Assembly (NCBI RefSeq): GCF_006345805.1
Contig: NC_042999.1
Location: 48,794,001-48,858,000 of the forward strand
Direction: 5' to 3'
DNA length: 64,000 nt
From: Octopus sinensis
Taxonomy: Eukaryota
The translations under genes and the position numbers were made by a program. Below, one piece after another: positions 51,880 to 64,000 of this stretch (its first letter is position 1; every line of letters begins with the position of its first letter). The notes below the pieces were generated by a model, which saw only the letters and a list, made by a program, of their open reading frames with translations, searched no databases and had not been told where the DNA came from.

Positions 51880-52800
51880 TCGGCAATAACACCACGGTCT
51901 CACACCATTTTGCTCTACCGCTCAACCACTACAACACCTGCCTGTGTTCGGATTGTTTTTGCACAGGGGCCATCTGGTCTCCCGCCTTCGCCATGAACAG
52001 GAATAAATCTTCTCTCTTCACTCTTTTTTGCCACATGGGGTCAACTCCCTCCTCTCTTTATCTAACTCCTCTCCCCTCTTCATCTGACACCTCTTCTCTC
52101 TTCATATGACTCCTTTCCTCACTTGCTCTGACACCTACTTCCTCTCTTCACGCCTGCTCAACTTCCCTCTTCATTGATACAAAATTTACCCCTATCCCCA
52201 TTTGATAAATGCTTAATAAATTAATTTGGTCTCTGAAGGAACATAATAAACAATTTGATTTGGAATGGAATATTCTAACAATCTACTTTCTATATGATAA
52301 ATGTAAATCTTCTCCGCTCTGTAACGAAGAACTCATCCTGTTCTCTGAGAATTCCTTGTAAACACGCTTAAAGAACGCGCTTATCGTTGCAAACATTGGC
52401 AAAATCATACCTTTAGTTGCTATAAATAACAACTACAAATCTATAAAATTCGACCTTTAACTGTCATTTTACATTTCATTTCTACTAAATATATCTATTT
52501 CTACGCCTTTAATCTCTATTAATCTTTATTCCCTTTCATCTGTCGCACTAAATTTCTCCACTCTTGATTTTCTGCTAATTTCTTTCTTTCTCCTCCTTCT
52601 CTTTCTCTAAATTGCATTTGACGTAAAATCTATTAACGGTTCTTTTAAAATAACCTGCCAACGTTCCATTTATCATACACGCAGTAATCACATTCGGTTA
52701 GAATGGCTTATTGATGTGTTTTGTTTCTCATTTTTCCCCTGAGGAGACGATGGCATTCTTTTACCAATTATTTGTTCTTCGAAACAGATATCGGAAGTAT
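51880..52800 (-). mobile_element. Possible L1/Tx1-like LINE remnant
   Basis: Purine-rich minus strand with weak motifs (INKPF..NV...INGTL; MILPMF); low similarity. Confidence 0.3.
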
Positions 52801-53253
52801 AAAGATTTGAATAACACCAGCGTTTAACTTAATTTCGTTATATGTATATATATATATATTTCCTTTCATCTGTCGCACTAAATTTCTTTTACCTCGTCAT
52901 TTTGGACTTACAATCTGTCCAGAGCAAAGCATTTTTCTACTTTAAAAATTGTTTGAATATCACCTTCTACAAAATGAACAATTCTATATTTATGACTATA
53001 TATTAAGTTGTGGACCCGTATTTTGATCGATCGCTGTCTTGCTGTGGCTAATAAAAATATTGCCCTAATTTTTCTTACATAGAGATCTAGGCTCCAAGAG
53101 CAATAGCAATGTCTTCAGGAAAGTACTTAAGCTGATACCAGAAACGCCAACCCAAGGAAAAGCAATCTAACGGAATTTCTAAATGTCAAATATTATCAAA
53201 CTATTTTAAAATGTTAAGTAAATGTTTGTCATCAACTGAATCTGAAACAAACC

Positions 53254-53810
53254 ATGCAAGCGCCCAGTGAAATCAATGAAAGTACACGAAACTTAAGTGT
53301 TCTGTATTGCAATAATCAACCTACTGTTGACACATTTGATGCAGATGATAATCACGTTAGTCAACAATTTCAAGAAAAGAAAGAGCAGAAAAAGAAAATA
53401 GGAAGCGAATTTAGTGATTTCAAAGAATATACTGACCTGGCAAACTGGCCCGTAACAATTGATAATGATTTCATACAAATCTGTTTAAAGCAAGACATCA
53501 GTTTGTCTGTGTTTTTTTTCAAAATAAAAAATAGAAATAAAGTATATACTGAGTCCAACAAAATTTACAAACAGTAAAATCGAAGTTTCTCAAACAAATA
53601 CTTTGAAAAAAGATTGAAAAATCATCAGACTGTGAAGAGATCCTGGTTAGTTTACTCAAAGAGCCAACTCTTTTCAGAATGCCAAGTAACACTTACAACG
53701 GGTGGATGAATATACTCAGGACTCTAGGAAATCATGAAGACACCATGAAAAATTACAGCTGGCTAATACGAATATCAAATCAGCAATTTGAAGTACAGTT
53801 GAGAAAACAT
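53254..53810 (+). mobile_element. hAT (Tip100/ZMYM1-like) transposase N-terminal remnant
   Basis: DLANWPVTIDNDFIQIC...RSFSNKYFEKRLKNHQTVKRSWLVYSKS...GWMNILRTLGNHE, the TTF-type zinc-finger region. Confidence 0.75.
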
Positions 53811-53899
53811 GCAGTACTATTTCGAAGTACTACACCGATGTCTATATGCCAATTTCACCGTTTTCAACTTTGGCTTATTCATATATATATATATATATA

Positions 53900-54059
53900 T
53901 ATATGTGTATATACATATATGTTCATATACGTATATATACATACATAGTACACGCTCACATGCACAGATATATATATATATATGTATTATGTATTTTTAT
54001 ATATGTGTGTGTAATATATGCATGTGTGTGTTTGTTTTATACATATACACGCATACAAA

Positions 54060-54105
<46 letters not shown>

Positions 54106-54109
54106 ACAC

Positions 54110-54144
<35 letters not shown>

Positions 54145-54315
54145 ATATATATATATATATGTGTATATACATATATGTTCATATACGTATATATACATAC
54201 ATAGTACACGCTCACATGCACAGATATATATATATATATGTATTATGTATTTTTATATATGTGTGTGTAATATATGCATGTGTGTGTTTGTTTTATACAT
54301 ATACACGCATACAAA

Positions 54316-54355
<40 letters not shown>

Positions 54356-54378
54356 ACACACACACACACATATATATA

Positions 54379-54409
<31 letters not shown>

Positions 54410-54410
54410 C
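53900..54410. repeat. Tandem duplication (period ~256 bp) of a compound microsatellite unit
   Basis: gttcatatacg...tagtacacgctcacatgcacagat...gcatacaaactctctcacac at 53921 and 54177. Confidence 0.93.
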
Positions 54411-54536
54411 AGTCACAGTGAGAGAAAAAGATAAATGTATGAATAAATATATATATGCGTGTGTGTGTATGTATATATATATATATATATATTAGCCACT
54501 ACACACATTTTCTTCTCTCCTTGTTTTTTCTGTGTC

Positions 54537-54575
54537 CCTTTCTGTAGAAGACCGTTGGCTCGAAACGTAAAAGAC
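54537..54575 (+). ncRNA. Minimal hammerhead-like motif (core position 6 is U; stem II mismatch)
   Basis: cttt CTGTAGA a GACC gttg GCTC GAAA CGT A aaag. Confidence 0.35.
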
Positions 54576-54673
54576 TTTTTCTATTCCACAGCATTATACT
54601 AATACATCTGTTTGTTTTGTACACCACCTGTCCTCGTCTTTTGTTTATTTCGTAAACTCTCCCTATCTTTCTA

Positions 54674-54739
<66 letters not shown>

Positions 54740-55439
54740 TGTATATATACACTAACATACATTTTTCTAAACAACTCTCTTTATACATTATTATTTTGCA
54801 GCAAATAGAGCTTAATACTTCAATAAAGAGCTGAAACAGTACAATAGAATAACCATGATGAGATAATGATACAAGCTACAGTAGGTAGTAAAAATATTAA
54901 TATTTCTATAATTATTAATTTTCTTCACACACTCCATTGTCATTCAGTTCAATCAGTACTGTATTAAAAAAATGAGCCGGTATATTGTCAGTGTATGATT
55001 GATATCTTAATGGCAATCTTAATCTAACAGTAATTGATTGTCAAACTAATGCATTGCGCAGCCATATGTGGGAAAATATTATTTAAAAATGTTATTTCGA
55101 TATAAAATCTTCGCACGAAGCGCGCATGCGCATAAATGTTTTAGATGCATTATTATTGCTTTACGTTAAGATGTTAGCAAAAACATTTGTGAGAGTAAAT
55201 GACCTTCTATTTGGAAATTTGATGTCAACTTCGCCTTTTATCTTCCAGTACATACACTATCCGTCTAATTTTGTTGTTGTTTACTCCATATAATGTCTTT
55301 TGTATATATATCTTGCCTTGTACCTATTTTAGAAATTAACAATAATTGAAAGGATTATTGGGTTATTCGTCTCATCAATTCAGTTGCTTTGTAAAACAGT
55401 TTACAATGTTTGTCTACGAGCATCATTATTTCCCATGTA

Positions 55440-55625
55440 TTTATTGATATGGTTGTAGTGCGCGAAAGATGATGTGGCTTTTGTATGGGCACATTATATG
55501 AGAAGGGGATGAACGATGAACACAGATGTGCCCAGGTGTCCGAGTTAATGAAAGCCGTGGAAGACGAAGAGTAAGGAACACTTACGATGAAGCGTTGAAA
55601 ACTGAGCTTAAGACATGCATGCAAT
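55440..55625 (+). mobile_element. RTE-clade LINE 3' remnant
   Basis: LYGHII*EGDER*TQMCPGVRVNESRGRRRVRNTYDEALK. Confidence 0.6.
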
Positions 55626-55860
55626 AAGGATTAGTTTACTCAAAGAGCAAACTGTTTTCTAAATGTCAAATATCACTTACAACAGGTGGATGAATATACT
55701 CAGGACTCTAGAAAGTCATGAAGACATCATGAAAGCTATCAGGGCGATGTTGAGCTGCCTAACACCAACCTCAAATCAGCAATTTGAAGAACAGCACTAC
55801 GACCATATCAATGAGGATTACAAAGGAATATGCAAACTGGTGATGTGCATCTACAACAAT
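55625..55860 (+). mobile_element. Second hAT fragment paralogous to 53640-53810
   Basis: ttagtttactcaaagagc...cacttacaac.ggtggatgaatatactcaggactctag..atcatgaagaca is shared. Confidence 0.8.
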
Positions 55861-57314
55861 ACATGCTCTGACACAAGAACATGTATTAAACGATCTCTAT
55901 TCTATGTAATTTTACCACTATAATATTCCCTTTCCTTCACCTGTTTTTGTTTATTTCTTCACCGGGCCTGTGAAGGGAAGTTGCATTCGACAATCTTTCC
56001 TTTCACGATGCTTATATTATAATGAGTACATCGGCCCACTCTTATCACTTTATTTGGTCTATATGAAAGTGTTTGATCTGAACCACCTTCACGCTTATGC
56101 ATATTTTTTTCTCTCCTATGCATATCCTTAAACTTCTCTGCCTTTCTCCACTGCCTCCCAGCACATTCTTCCCATTCTATCAATCTACTGCACCCATCAC
56201 CTAGTATTTGACTTTTTTATCAAGCGTCCAAACCATTGTCCACCTTAAGTTGTCACCAGACGCTCCCATTCTGACTCCACTGTAACCTATAACTTTGTCG
56301 CTGTTATCATACAGCTTTTGTCCCTTTATTCCACCCAACCATGCTGGTCCTTCTCATGTCAATGATCAATCTACGAATTCTCCACCATGGTAACATAAAC
56401 AAATGTACAGGCCCCATATTATTGTTTCCAAGTCCTGCAGTTCTTGCTACTGGAATTGCACACCGCGCCGCTATTTTCCTTTTCTCTTCTATATAGCTCT
56501 GGGAAATCTCTAGTTTTCCTATGTTGAAGGTATTTCATTGTCGCCGTTCTAATGGGGCTAAAATTGGAACCGAGCAATGACTATACTTCTGGTATAAGGA
56601 AATGCATCCAGTCGATACTGTAATGGGATTGGCACATGTGGAGAGAAATCATAGCGTTCTGAGGTCCATTTATTTATAAACAAGTGTTAAGTGTTAAGGA
56701 AAATAACACCAAGCACGTAGTTGGTGATAAGAATGGCATGCAATTATCAGTCTACGATAGAAGTATCACGCAATTAAATTATAACTCGGGCCGTTGCAAC
56801 ACGTCTTATCCATGCAATCAAGAAAAACGGGTGCTAAAAGTTGTAGTGGTAGTGATAATGAGGACTATGATGATCGTAATTATAACGATTATGATGAGCA
56901 TCATGAGGACACAAAGGATGATCATAATGATCATGATGATGATGAGGAGGACAAAAATGATGATTAATGAATTTTCAAACCTACTAAATCTAATGATTTT
57001 CTTTCATATAGATTTTTGCAGAGCTCTTGCATATCTTCCTTTCTTCATCATTTTATGTGCATGTCAATGATCGTTAGCATTCCTAAAGGCATACACACAC
57101 ACTCACACACACACACACAAACACGCACACACGTGTGTATAGAATTATGCCTAAGAATTATAATTCTTTTAGGAATGTGTATATTCTAGTTTTCCAGTTT
57201 ATACCAGTATTCACTCTAAACTAAATGCGTTAGTTTTGCATTCATGGATATGGGTATTTTAATATATATGAATTAGAAAAAGAAGAAAATGGAGAAATTG
57301 ACATAAAGACATCG

Positions 57315-57621
57315 GTTTATTCAAAGATATTCGAATCAATATATGGAATTTTTATCCCTACAGCCGTTTCCATATCATCTTTATTCAATTACATAAATTA
57401 AAATAAATTTCCCGTAAAGTACTTACCTTCCAACGTGTTGGTAGAGCCCTTGAAAAACCTAGATGCCTCCCCAGATGAAATACCCAATTAACCAGTTTCA
57501 GCATGAAAATTTTAAATTAATCTAATTTAATTTAATTTCTCTAATTGAAAAAATTGGATATGGAAACGGCTGTAGAGATTAGAATTTCATAGTATTCTGA
57601 TTTGAATATCTTTGAATAAAC
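57315..57621. repeat. Fold-back/MITE-like element with ~80-bp inverted arms
   Basis: gtttattcaaagatattc...ctacagccgtttccatatc...ttcaatta, with its reverse complement at 57542-57621. Confidence 0.92.
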
Positions 57622-57666
57622 TTATGTCAATATGTCAATTTCTCCAGTTTCTTCTTTTTCTCATTC

Positions 57667-57701
<35 letters not shown>

Positions 57702-58364
57702 TGTTTGTGCATCTTTAAATATATTTTTAAATACATACATTCATATAATGTGTATTTGGGTGTGTATGTGTATGTGCGTGTGTGTGTATGTGTTTGCATG
57801 TTTGTGTGTATGTGTGTGTTTGTGAGTGTGTCTAGTTACATCCTGAACGTATCTTACAAATCATAATTAATTTACCACAACTTGCTTTCGTGCGTTGTAC
57901 AAGCAAAATCTCTTTGTATCTGTCTAAATTTAATATACTTCAATTGAAATTTATTAAGTCAGTATTATGATTATTTCAATACCATTACAGCTTCAAAGTT
58001 ATTTAAAATAACATAACATTGTAGTCCATAGATGAAGTTTTGTATCTTATTATCATTTTATTATCCTCTGGTAGTTTTATTAAATTTTCTGAAGCTATTT
58101 TTAAAGTATAACTTTATTAATGTTAGATCAAACTACTTGAAACAGTTCGTTTGGACTTCTATAGTTTACCTAAATACTCAATAGACAGAATCATGCTATT
58201 ATCTCTATGCAATCTTACCTGAATCAATTTTACTTAAATTCTATTATTCTGCTCTCTACATATGACTTCGTACTATTTGCTCTTAATCTTATTGTATTCG
58301 TAAAATCGTTTATAGTAACGTCTAGCTCTGTTTAGTTTTATAACATTGTTCTCAACACGACATA

Positions 58365-61300
58365 ATGCGATATGTTAAATGGCAGAAATCCGGAGGGCTA
58401 TATAATTTCGTTCTATTACTTTGCGTTGGAATTCCCACTGTGTTCAGTTTTACGTATCCTCAAACAAATACAAGTATACCAATCGTTATCATCATTCAAC
58501 TTTTTATTCCCTTAATGTTTCTGCTTCTTCTTCTTCTTCCTCTTCTTCTTCTTCCTCTTCTTCGTCTTCCTCTTCTTCTTCTTCCTCTTCTTCTTCTTCT
58601 TCCTCTTCTTCTTCTTCTTCTTCGTTCGCTTTTCTTCTATTTTGTATTATTATCATTATCATCGCCATCCCCTCCATCCTCATCCTCCTCTACCTCATCA
58701 TACTTGAATACTACTCGGCGAAGATACGGAGTGTTCCTACTGAGGTAGGAACTTTCATCCTGATTTTGATAAAAACCTACAGAGTATGTGTATTGGACCA
58801 AAAAACGTATTGTATATTGAGGGCTACAAAGAGAAAATGACACCAAATAGAGAGTCAAAAATGTTAATTAAAACGTTGACAGAAGTATGACCATCATCAA
58901 GAGCACGAACAACAATCTCCTGCCTTAGACATGGGTTAGCATTAAGCAATAGTATAGCCAACTAAATGAAAACGAAGAAGTGTGGACGAGGTACGTCGTA
59001 AGAAAGAGGATCAGTTTCAGAACATTTTAATTCGCTTTTCCCTTTCAGAGCAAAAGGCATTCAACTTACTTTTACTGTCTGACATTTCACCACATGTTTA
59101 ATTGATGGCATTTTGTCTCCCGCTTGATTTTCTTATGCTGTCGTTAGAGACAGCATAATGACAGCATAGCATGTTTTGCGGATTCGGTTCTTGCTCAGCG
59201 CTTGTCCATAAAAGTGATTAGCAGATGAGCCAAAAATCAAAAACAACACGTATCCCGTTGTAGGAGTACCTTCTATTTTTCGTACCAATATAATGTTGAA
59301 CTAACTTGTGATCGGGCGTAAAATTCACCTTGCCACACATCGGTCTGGGCTCCAAGTAATTCCTCAATACGACACAGAGGAAAACTCTTCTCGTTTTCTG
59401 CAGTCACGTTTGTTAATAATACAGATTGCCTAGAATGGGATTTAGCAAACTCCATGTGATCAGTTCTGACTTGCACTTAGGGTGGTTTGAACGCCTTCTC
59501 AGTCTGATAAAATACTTGAAACTGCTTGATAAATTTCGACTGGAAAGCTTAGATGCACAAACGTTGTATTGCGGAACTTCTAGTGATATCTTCGGAAAGT
59601 TTTTGCATACAAAATCTTTCATTACGTTGGAGAGAGATTTATCCGCATTTCTCTGTGGTAGGTCACACAGAGAGCAATTTGGTAATCCGTACGAGCATTC
59701 TAGATAGAATGTGTACATACTCAAAAACATGATTATTAGATGACCACCTTCTGTATGGCATTGAATCTTACTGAGACCGTGTTAGTAAACTGCTAATGCG
59801 GAAATGAGAAAAAGAGATAGTGTTTGTGTAATGCATGGAGAAACATTAAAGGAGAATGAGTATGACATACATAAAATTGTGGAAAAACTTTTTAGTGGAG
59901 TGGGAGTTAGTAACTGCTGTGAAGAGAATGTTAGCAATCGTGTGATGGGTAATAGAAGCGCTAAAATTGTCCGATGGCCGCATATAAATGGATTTAATAA
60001 TGGTAGAAATGTATAGTTAATCCTTTACGCTGCGACCACCACAAACATGATTTTATCCATAGCCACTAGACAAAAGAAACGTACTTCCGTTTCTTTTTCA
60101 AACAAACAGGATAATATGATACTTCCAAGCGGATGGACAAATATCAGGACCTTTTCTTGAAGAGACAACAATATTTCTGTATGGTACCATATGTCAGTAA
60201 TATTTGATGACTGAAAATGTTTGTCGGAGCATATCATGGATTCATTTGACTGTCAGTATTCACCCTTCTTGAATGCATAGACTTGACGCCAACTGTTCAG
60301 TAATTCATCACGGTTACAAGTAAAACCGACCTCCGTAAAGATGTATTACAAGAAGTGAGATATATCCAAGTTAAACCGTTTGGTTATTTCATGTTTTACA
60401 TGTATTACTCTTTTACATGTCTCACTCCTTTTCAACTTTTAGTAATTTTGGTAAAATATACAAAACGATTCTGTATAGAGGTATTGGCTTGAAATGTCCT
60501 TCGAAGCTCACGTTTTTCTGTCGTTTATCACAGACCCTGAAAAGAAACTGAGTGTTCTTTTCTTCTATTAATGAGTTAGACATCTACAAGAAAGAATCGT
60601 ACAAGTCTGAGAAGCAGCAATATATTTTTAGGGAAGAAACATCCAATTACGTCATTTTCCACTGGCACAGCAACACACAGCCGTCGCTATTTCTGAAACC
60701 AATACTGAAATACCGTAACAATCTACCGCTTGAACCTCAATTCCTAGCAGTTATTCAGCGTAGAGATTGAATATTTTAATCACTCGCCTAAAGTCATTTG
60801 GCCGAAAGTTTGACAAATACTACTGGAATCATGCACGCATCTGCCTGAATTAGGGTATCAGCCTTTTGCAGTCAGTCATTTAATTTTTTTTACCATATTC
60901 CTCCCGAAATATCATACTCATTTCAATTAAACTTTTAGACTTTTCAAGAATTAAGAATATATTTTGTTGGTAGAATAACTGACGTTCCCATTATTTGGTG
61001 TGCATTATTGAAATAATCGCATTCTTACCAAAGAAGAATCATTAACACCAATGATTTCCCTTCGCTGTGAATTTGAATTTCAAAATATAAAACTTATCTA
61101 GTTTTACAGCACAGGAGGTCATTACTCTAAATATGCTAAATCTCCCCTCACCGAAATATAAATTAGTTTTGCATTGATGGGTAGTTATAAATTTATTCAT
61201 ATATGTATGTATGTATATATAAAGAACTTACAAAATATATTTATGATACATTCTTTAGTTTGGAGCAGGTTATTATATGTGAAACAAAAACTGCTGTGTT

Positions 61301-61830
61301 AAATGATCGTTTGAGCGGGTGCAACGATGTTCATTGCTCAATATATTCTAGAGATGGAAAATTTCATGAGACATTCGGACCTATGTTAAAGGTATTAGAG
61401 AAAGAAAATGGAATCAAATTTCAACACCGCACTTGTTCAACGGCTTGGCGCATGGGCATTCTTATTCTTAAAACAATAACTCAAGAGGTACACAAAGTTA
61501 GTAGTTCAGAGATTGCCACGAAAGATATAACAAAGGTCCATTACGTTATAGCCAGGAGATGCTATAATAGCCATAATCATGTTTAGCTCTTTGACCACAA
61601 AGTATACGCGAATTTGATAACGAGCGATATCGACATAATGTAGCTACACATGATAAGCACCAGTGATCTCGTTGTTCCCGTTTTTTTACATTCTTCCATG
61701 AAATTCTTGAGCAGCAAATATTCTGAAGGAGCGTTATCAAAAGAACGCAAGACATTAAAATTTGTTTTAAGTTTTTCTCTAATCACATTTTAAAACACAA
61801 ATGTTAGAGATTACGATATTGTTTTTTCCA
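58365..61830 (+). pseudogene. Decayed full-length Toll-like-receptor-like gene D
   Basis: Signal-like MRYVKWQKSGGLYNFVLLLCVGIPTVFS; YSAKIRSVPTEV (LRRNT); GWFERLLSLIKYLKL; GNPY; LPSGWTNIRTFS*RDNNISV; juxtamembrane HSLVWSRLLYVKQK; TIR-like DV...YSRDGKFHETFGPMLKVLEKENG and RDCHERYNKG. Confidence 0.6.
58522..58625. repeat. (TTC)n/(CTT)n microsatellite inside gene D
   Basis: Direct inspection. Confidence 0.97.
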
Positions 61831-62139
61831 CGTCACGAATGACAGAATAGATGTAATGTTATTTTTTAAAAGTTAAATGTAAAGGCATCAACCAGTACAG
61901 CATACAACTTTTATAACATGCAACATCTTGACAAGTCCATCGCTTCAATGAATTCTGTCTGACACTCTACATTACCAAACTGCTTCGCAGCTAATCATAT
62001 GAAAGTTTATTAAACTTTATTTAGAAGGCAATTTCATAACATTAATTTTCATATTAATCATCATTTTTTACCTGGTGTCAGTATTAGAAATAATAATGAA
62101 TTATTATCATGAAGTATAATGTAAATTGTTTCCACTTGG

Positions 62140-62447
62140 TGGCGCATAACTTGCTATAGGGATTTCGGTTCACGATCGTGAGGTGGGGATTCAATTCCTG
62201 CACCGAATGGTCCCTTAAATACTCGGGGAAGGTATTTCATTCACACTGCTGCAGGCTACTGACATGTTTACGAGCGACAATCGAGTATACATGCAATCGA
62301 TTCTTCCCTTAGATGCTGTGTCTTAGATGTTCTACTGCGTCATGATGTGAAAATGTTGTCAACTTGGGCAACTGTCTTTTACTATAGCCTCGGGCAAACC
62401 ACAGCCTTGTGAGTGGATTTAGTAGACGGAAACTGAAAGAAGCCCAT

Positions 62448-62487
<40 letters not shown>

Positions 62488-62740
62488 TATATCTGCAGTA
62501 TATATCTTATAGTAGAGTAAATCGCTAAACTTTTTGGCTGCTATTTCTAAAAGTTCGGTGTGTGGTAAAGTATTTTTTTTATTGAACCCTAATTATATAA
62601 CGTAATGTTTTAAATATATATATATATATGTGTGTATGTGTGTGTGTATGTGTGTGTGTGTGTGTGTGCGTGCGTGTGTGTGAATGTCTGTGTGTGTTTA
62701 CGTCCCCGTAATCTAGCGGTTCAGCTAAGGAGACCAACCT
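62140..62740 (+). mobile_element. Fragmented SINE (family of 7545-7945)
   Basis: ggattcaattcc B-box-like; cttgggcaactgtcttt...gtgagtggattt...ggaaactgaaagaagccc; tttacgtccccgtaa. Confidence 0.65.
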
Positions 62741-62920
62741 GCGTAGGCTACAGGAGATTCTAGTGAAAAGAAGAGTACGATTTGCAGATAATGATTTCCG
62801 GCTGCTAGAAAAATAAATACCTTAGGCGGCTGTTCAATTTGAACCAAGTGAGTCAGGAAAAAAGAGGGGTAGATTCAGCAAGACATGGAGCCCGTGCTTC
62901 AAATATATCGCAAACAACCC
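62740..62920 (+). mobile_element. RTE-like LINE 3' remnant
   Basis: LQEILVKRRVRFADNDFRLLEK*IP*AAVQFEPSESGKKRGRFSKTW. Confidence 0.65.
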
Positions 62921-63589
62921 AACTTTACCTGAGAAGATGCATGTCACTTTATCAAAACTAGTGTAAGTGAAGATGTCTTGCAACCCGATAGGGGAAAGGA
63001 ACAAAGACTACCATGAATATATATACTAGACAAACCAGTAGAATATATTTTTTCCCTTTACGTTACATGAGTTGATAGATGCAAAAGACCATATTTCTTG
63101 ATTATACGACTAGCCATGATTTCGGGGAAAACATAGGGGATTACGAACAAAATGAAGCTCGTGCAAAGCCTACCCAACATTTTTGCAACTGACATGAACT
63201 GGTTGAAAGTATTCAACGTACCATAATAAAAGAAACTCACATGATGTATAAGGAAGGGGCGCAGCACCGAAATAGGGTGATAAATTTGCTTAACTTCACG
63301 ATCGTAATAAGAATTTCTACTCGCATGACGAAGTTTCTACAAGAAGACTAAGTATAAGAACAAAAACACCGTAGGTAGAAACAGTAATACTCGAAACACC
63401 ATATGTAATAGCAATGTACCGGAACAAGCAAAATATGATTATGTATCATTCTGTGACATCGGTGTGGTTTCTTTCTTTTGGACATTCTTCCGGGATAAAC
63501 GTTTAGCTGTCCCCGATTGGGTATTAAGCAGCTGGAAGTAAATATCTCATAAGTAACAATAACGAGCAACGTCACACATATATGTTTAC

Positions 63590-63626
<37 letters not shown>

Positions 63627-63764
63627 GGGGGTGAGTATACACTGAGAGATAGATATACCGGCGAAATCATCGCGAGATACATTTCTCTATACACCAGCGT
63701 ATGGTGTGTGTATGAAGATATGCAAGTATTGAAACACTTATACAGACAAATTCATACACATATA

Positions 63765-63809
63765 CTACACAAATTCGCACACACACACACGCACACACAC
63801 ACACACACA

Positions 63810-63892
<83 letters not shown>

Positions 63893-63912
63893 ATATATAT
63901 ACACACACATAT
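63765..63912. repeat. (CA)n/(AT)n microsatellite
   Basis: Direct inspection. Confidence 0.97.
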
Positions 63913-64000
63913 ATTGAGTTTGTTTTTCTTCTGCGGTCCTTAATTGATGAGCTCTAGTCACAAACTCGTATTCTGCAATCCACCATAGAACAATATAATA

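Noticed and set aside
55950-56660. GC-richer segment possibly from a LINE
   Set aside because: No recognisable motif in any frame; left unassigned
63060-63300. Helitron helicase-like phrase (RLAMISGKT)
   Set aside because: Too divergent from RLAFAMTINKSQGQ and has no supporting motifs

Overview
This is AT-rich, microsatellite-dense eukaryotic DNA with no intact protein-coding gene that I can support. The SINE and LINE families resemble those I recall from Octopus genomes; that assignment is an unverified inference. Most entries in the ORF track are artefacts of simple repeats. Manual six-frame reading across stops and frameshifts shows three main things. (1) About five decayed leucine-rich-repeat (LRR), Toll-like-receptor-like loci: three in tandem on the minus strand at ~36.3-45.0 kb, and two on the plus strand at ~23.6-28 kb and ~58.4-61.8 kb. 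One of them appears to couple LRR-LRRCT-TM to two cytoplasmic B-box zinc fingers instead of a TIR domain. (2) A nest of R4/Dong-like restriction-endonuclease LINE fragments, plus a ~560-bp non-coding element, inserted in the same orientation into (TAA)n arrays at 24-33 kb. (3) Several Penelope-like elements with RT or GIY-YIG remnants, inverted termini and minimal hammerhead-ribozyme-like motifs. The window also holds RTE, CR1-like, mariner and hAT remnants, tRNA-derived SINEs and fold-back palindromes. All translations were done by eye, boundaries are approximate, and no database search was run.
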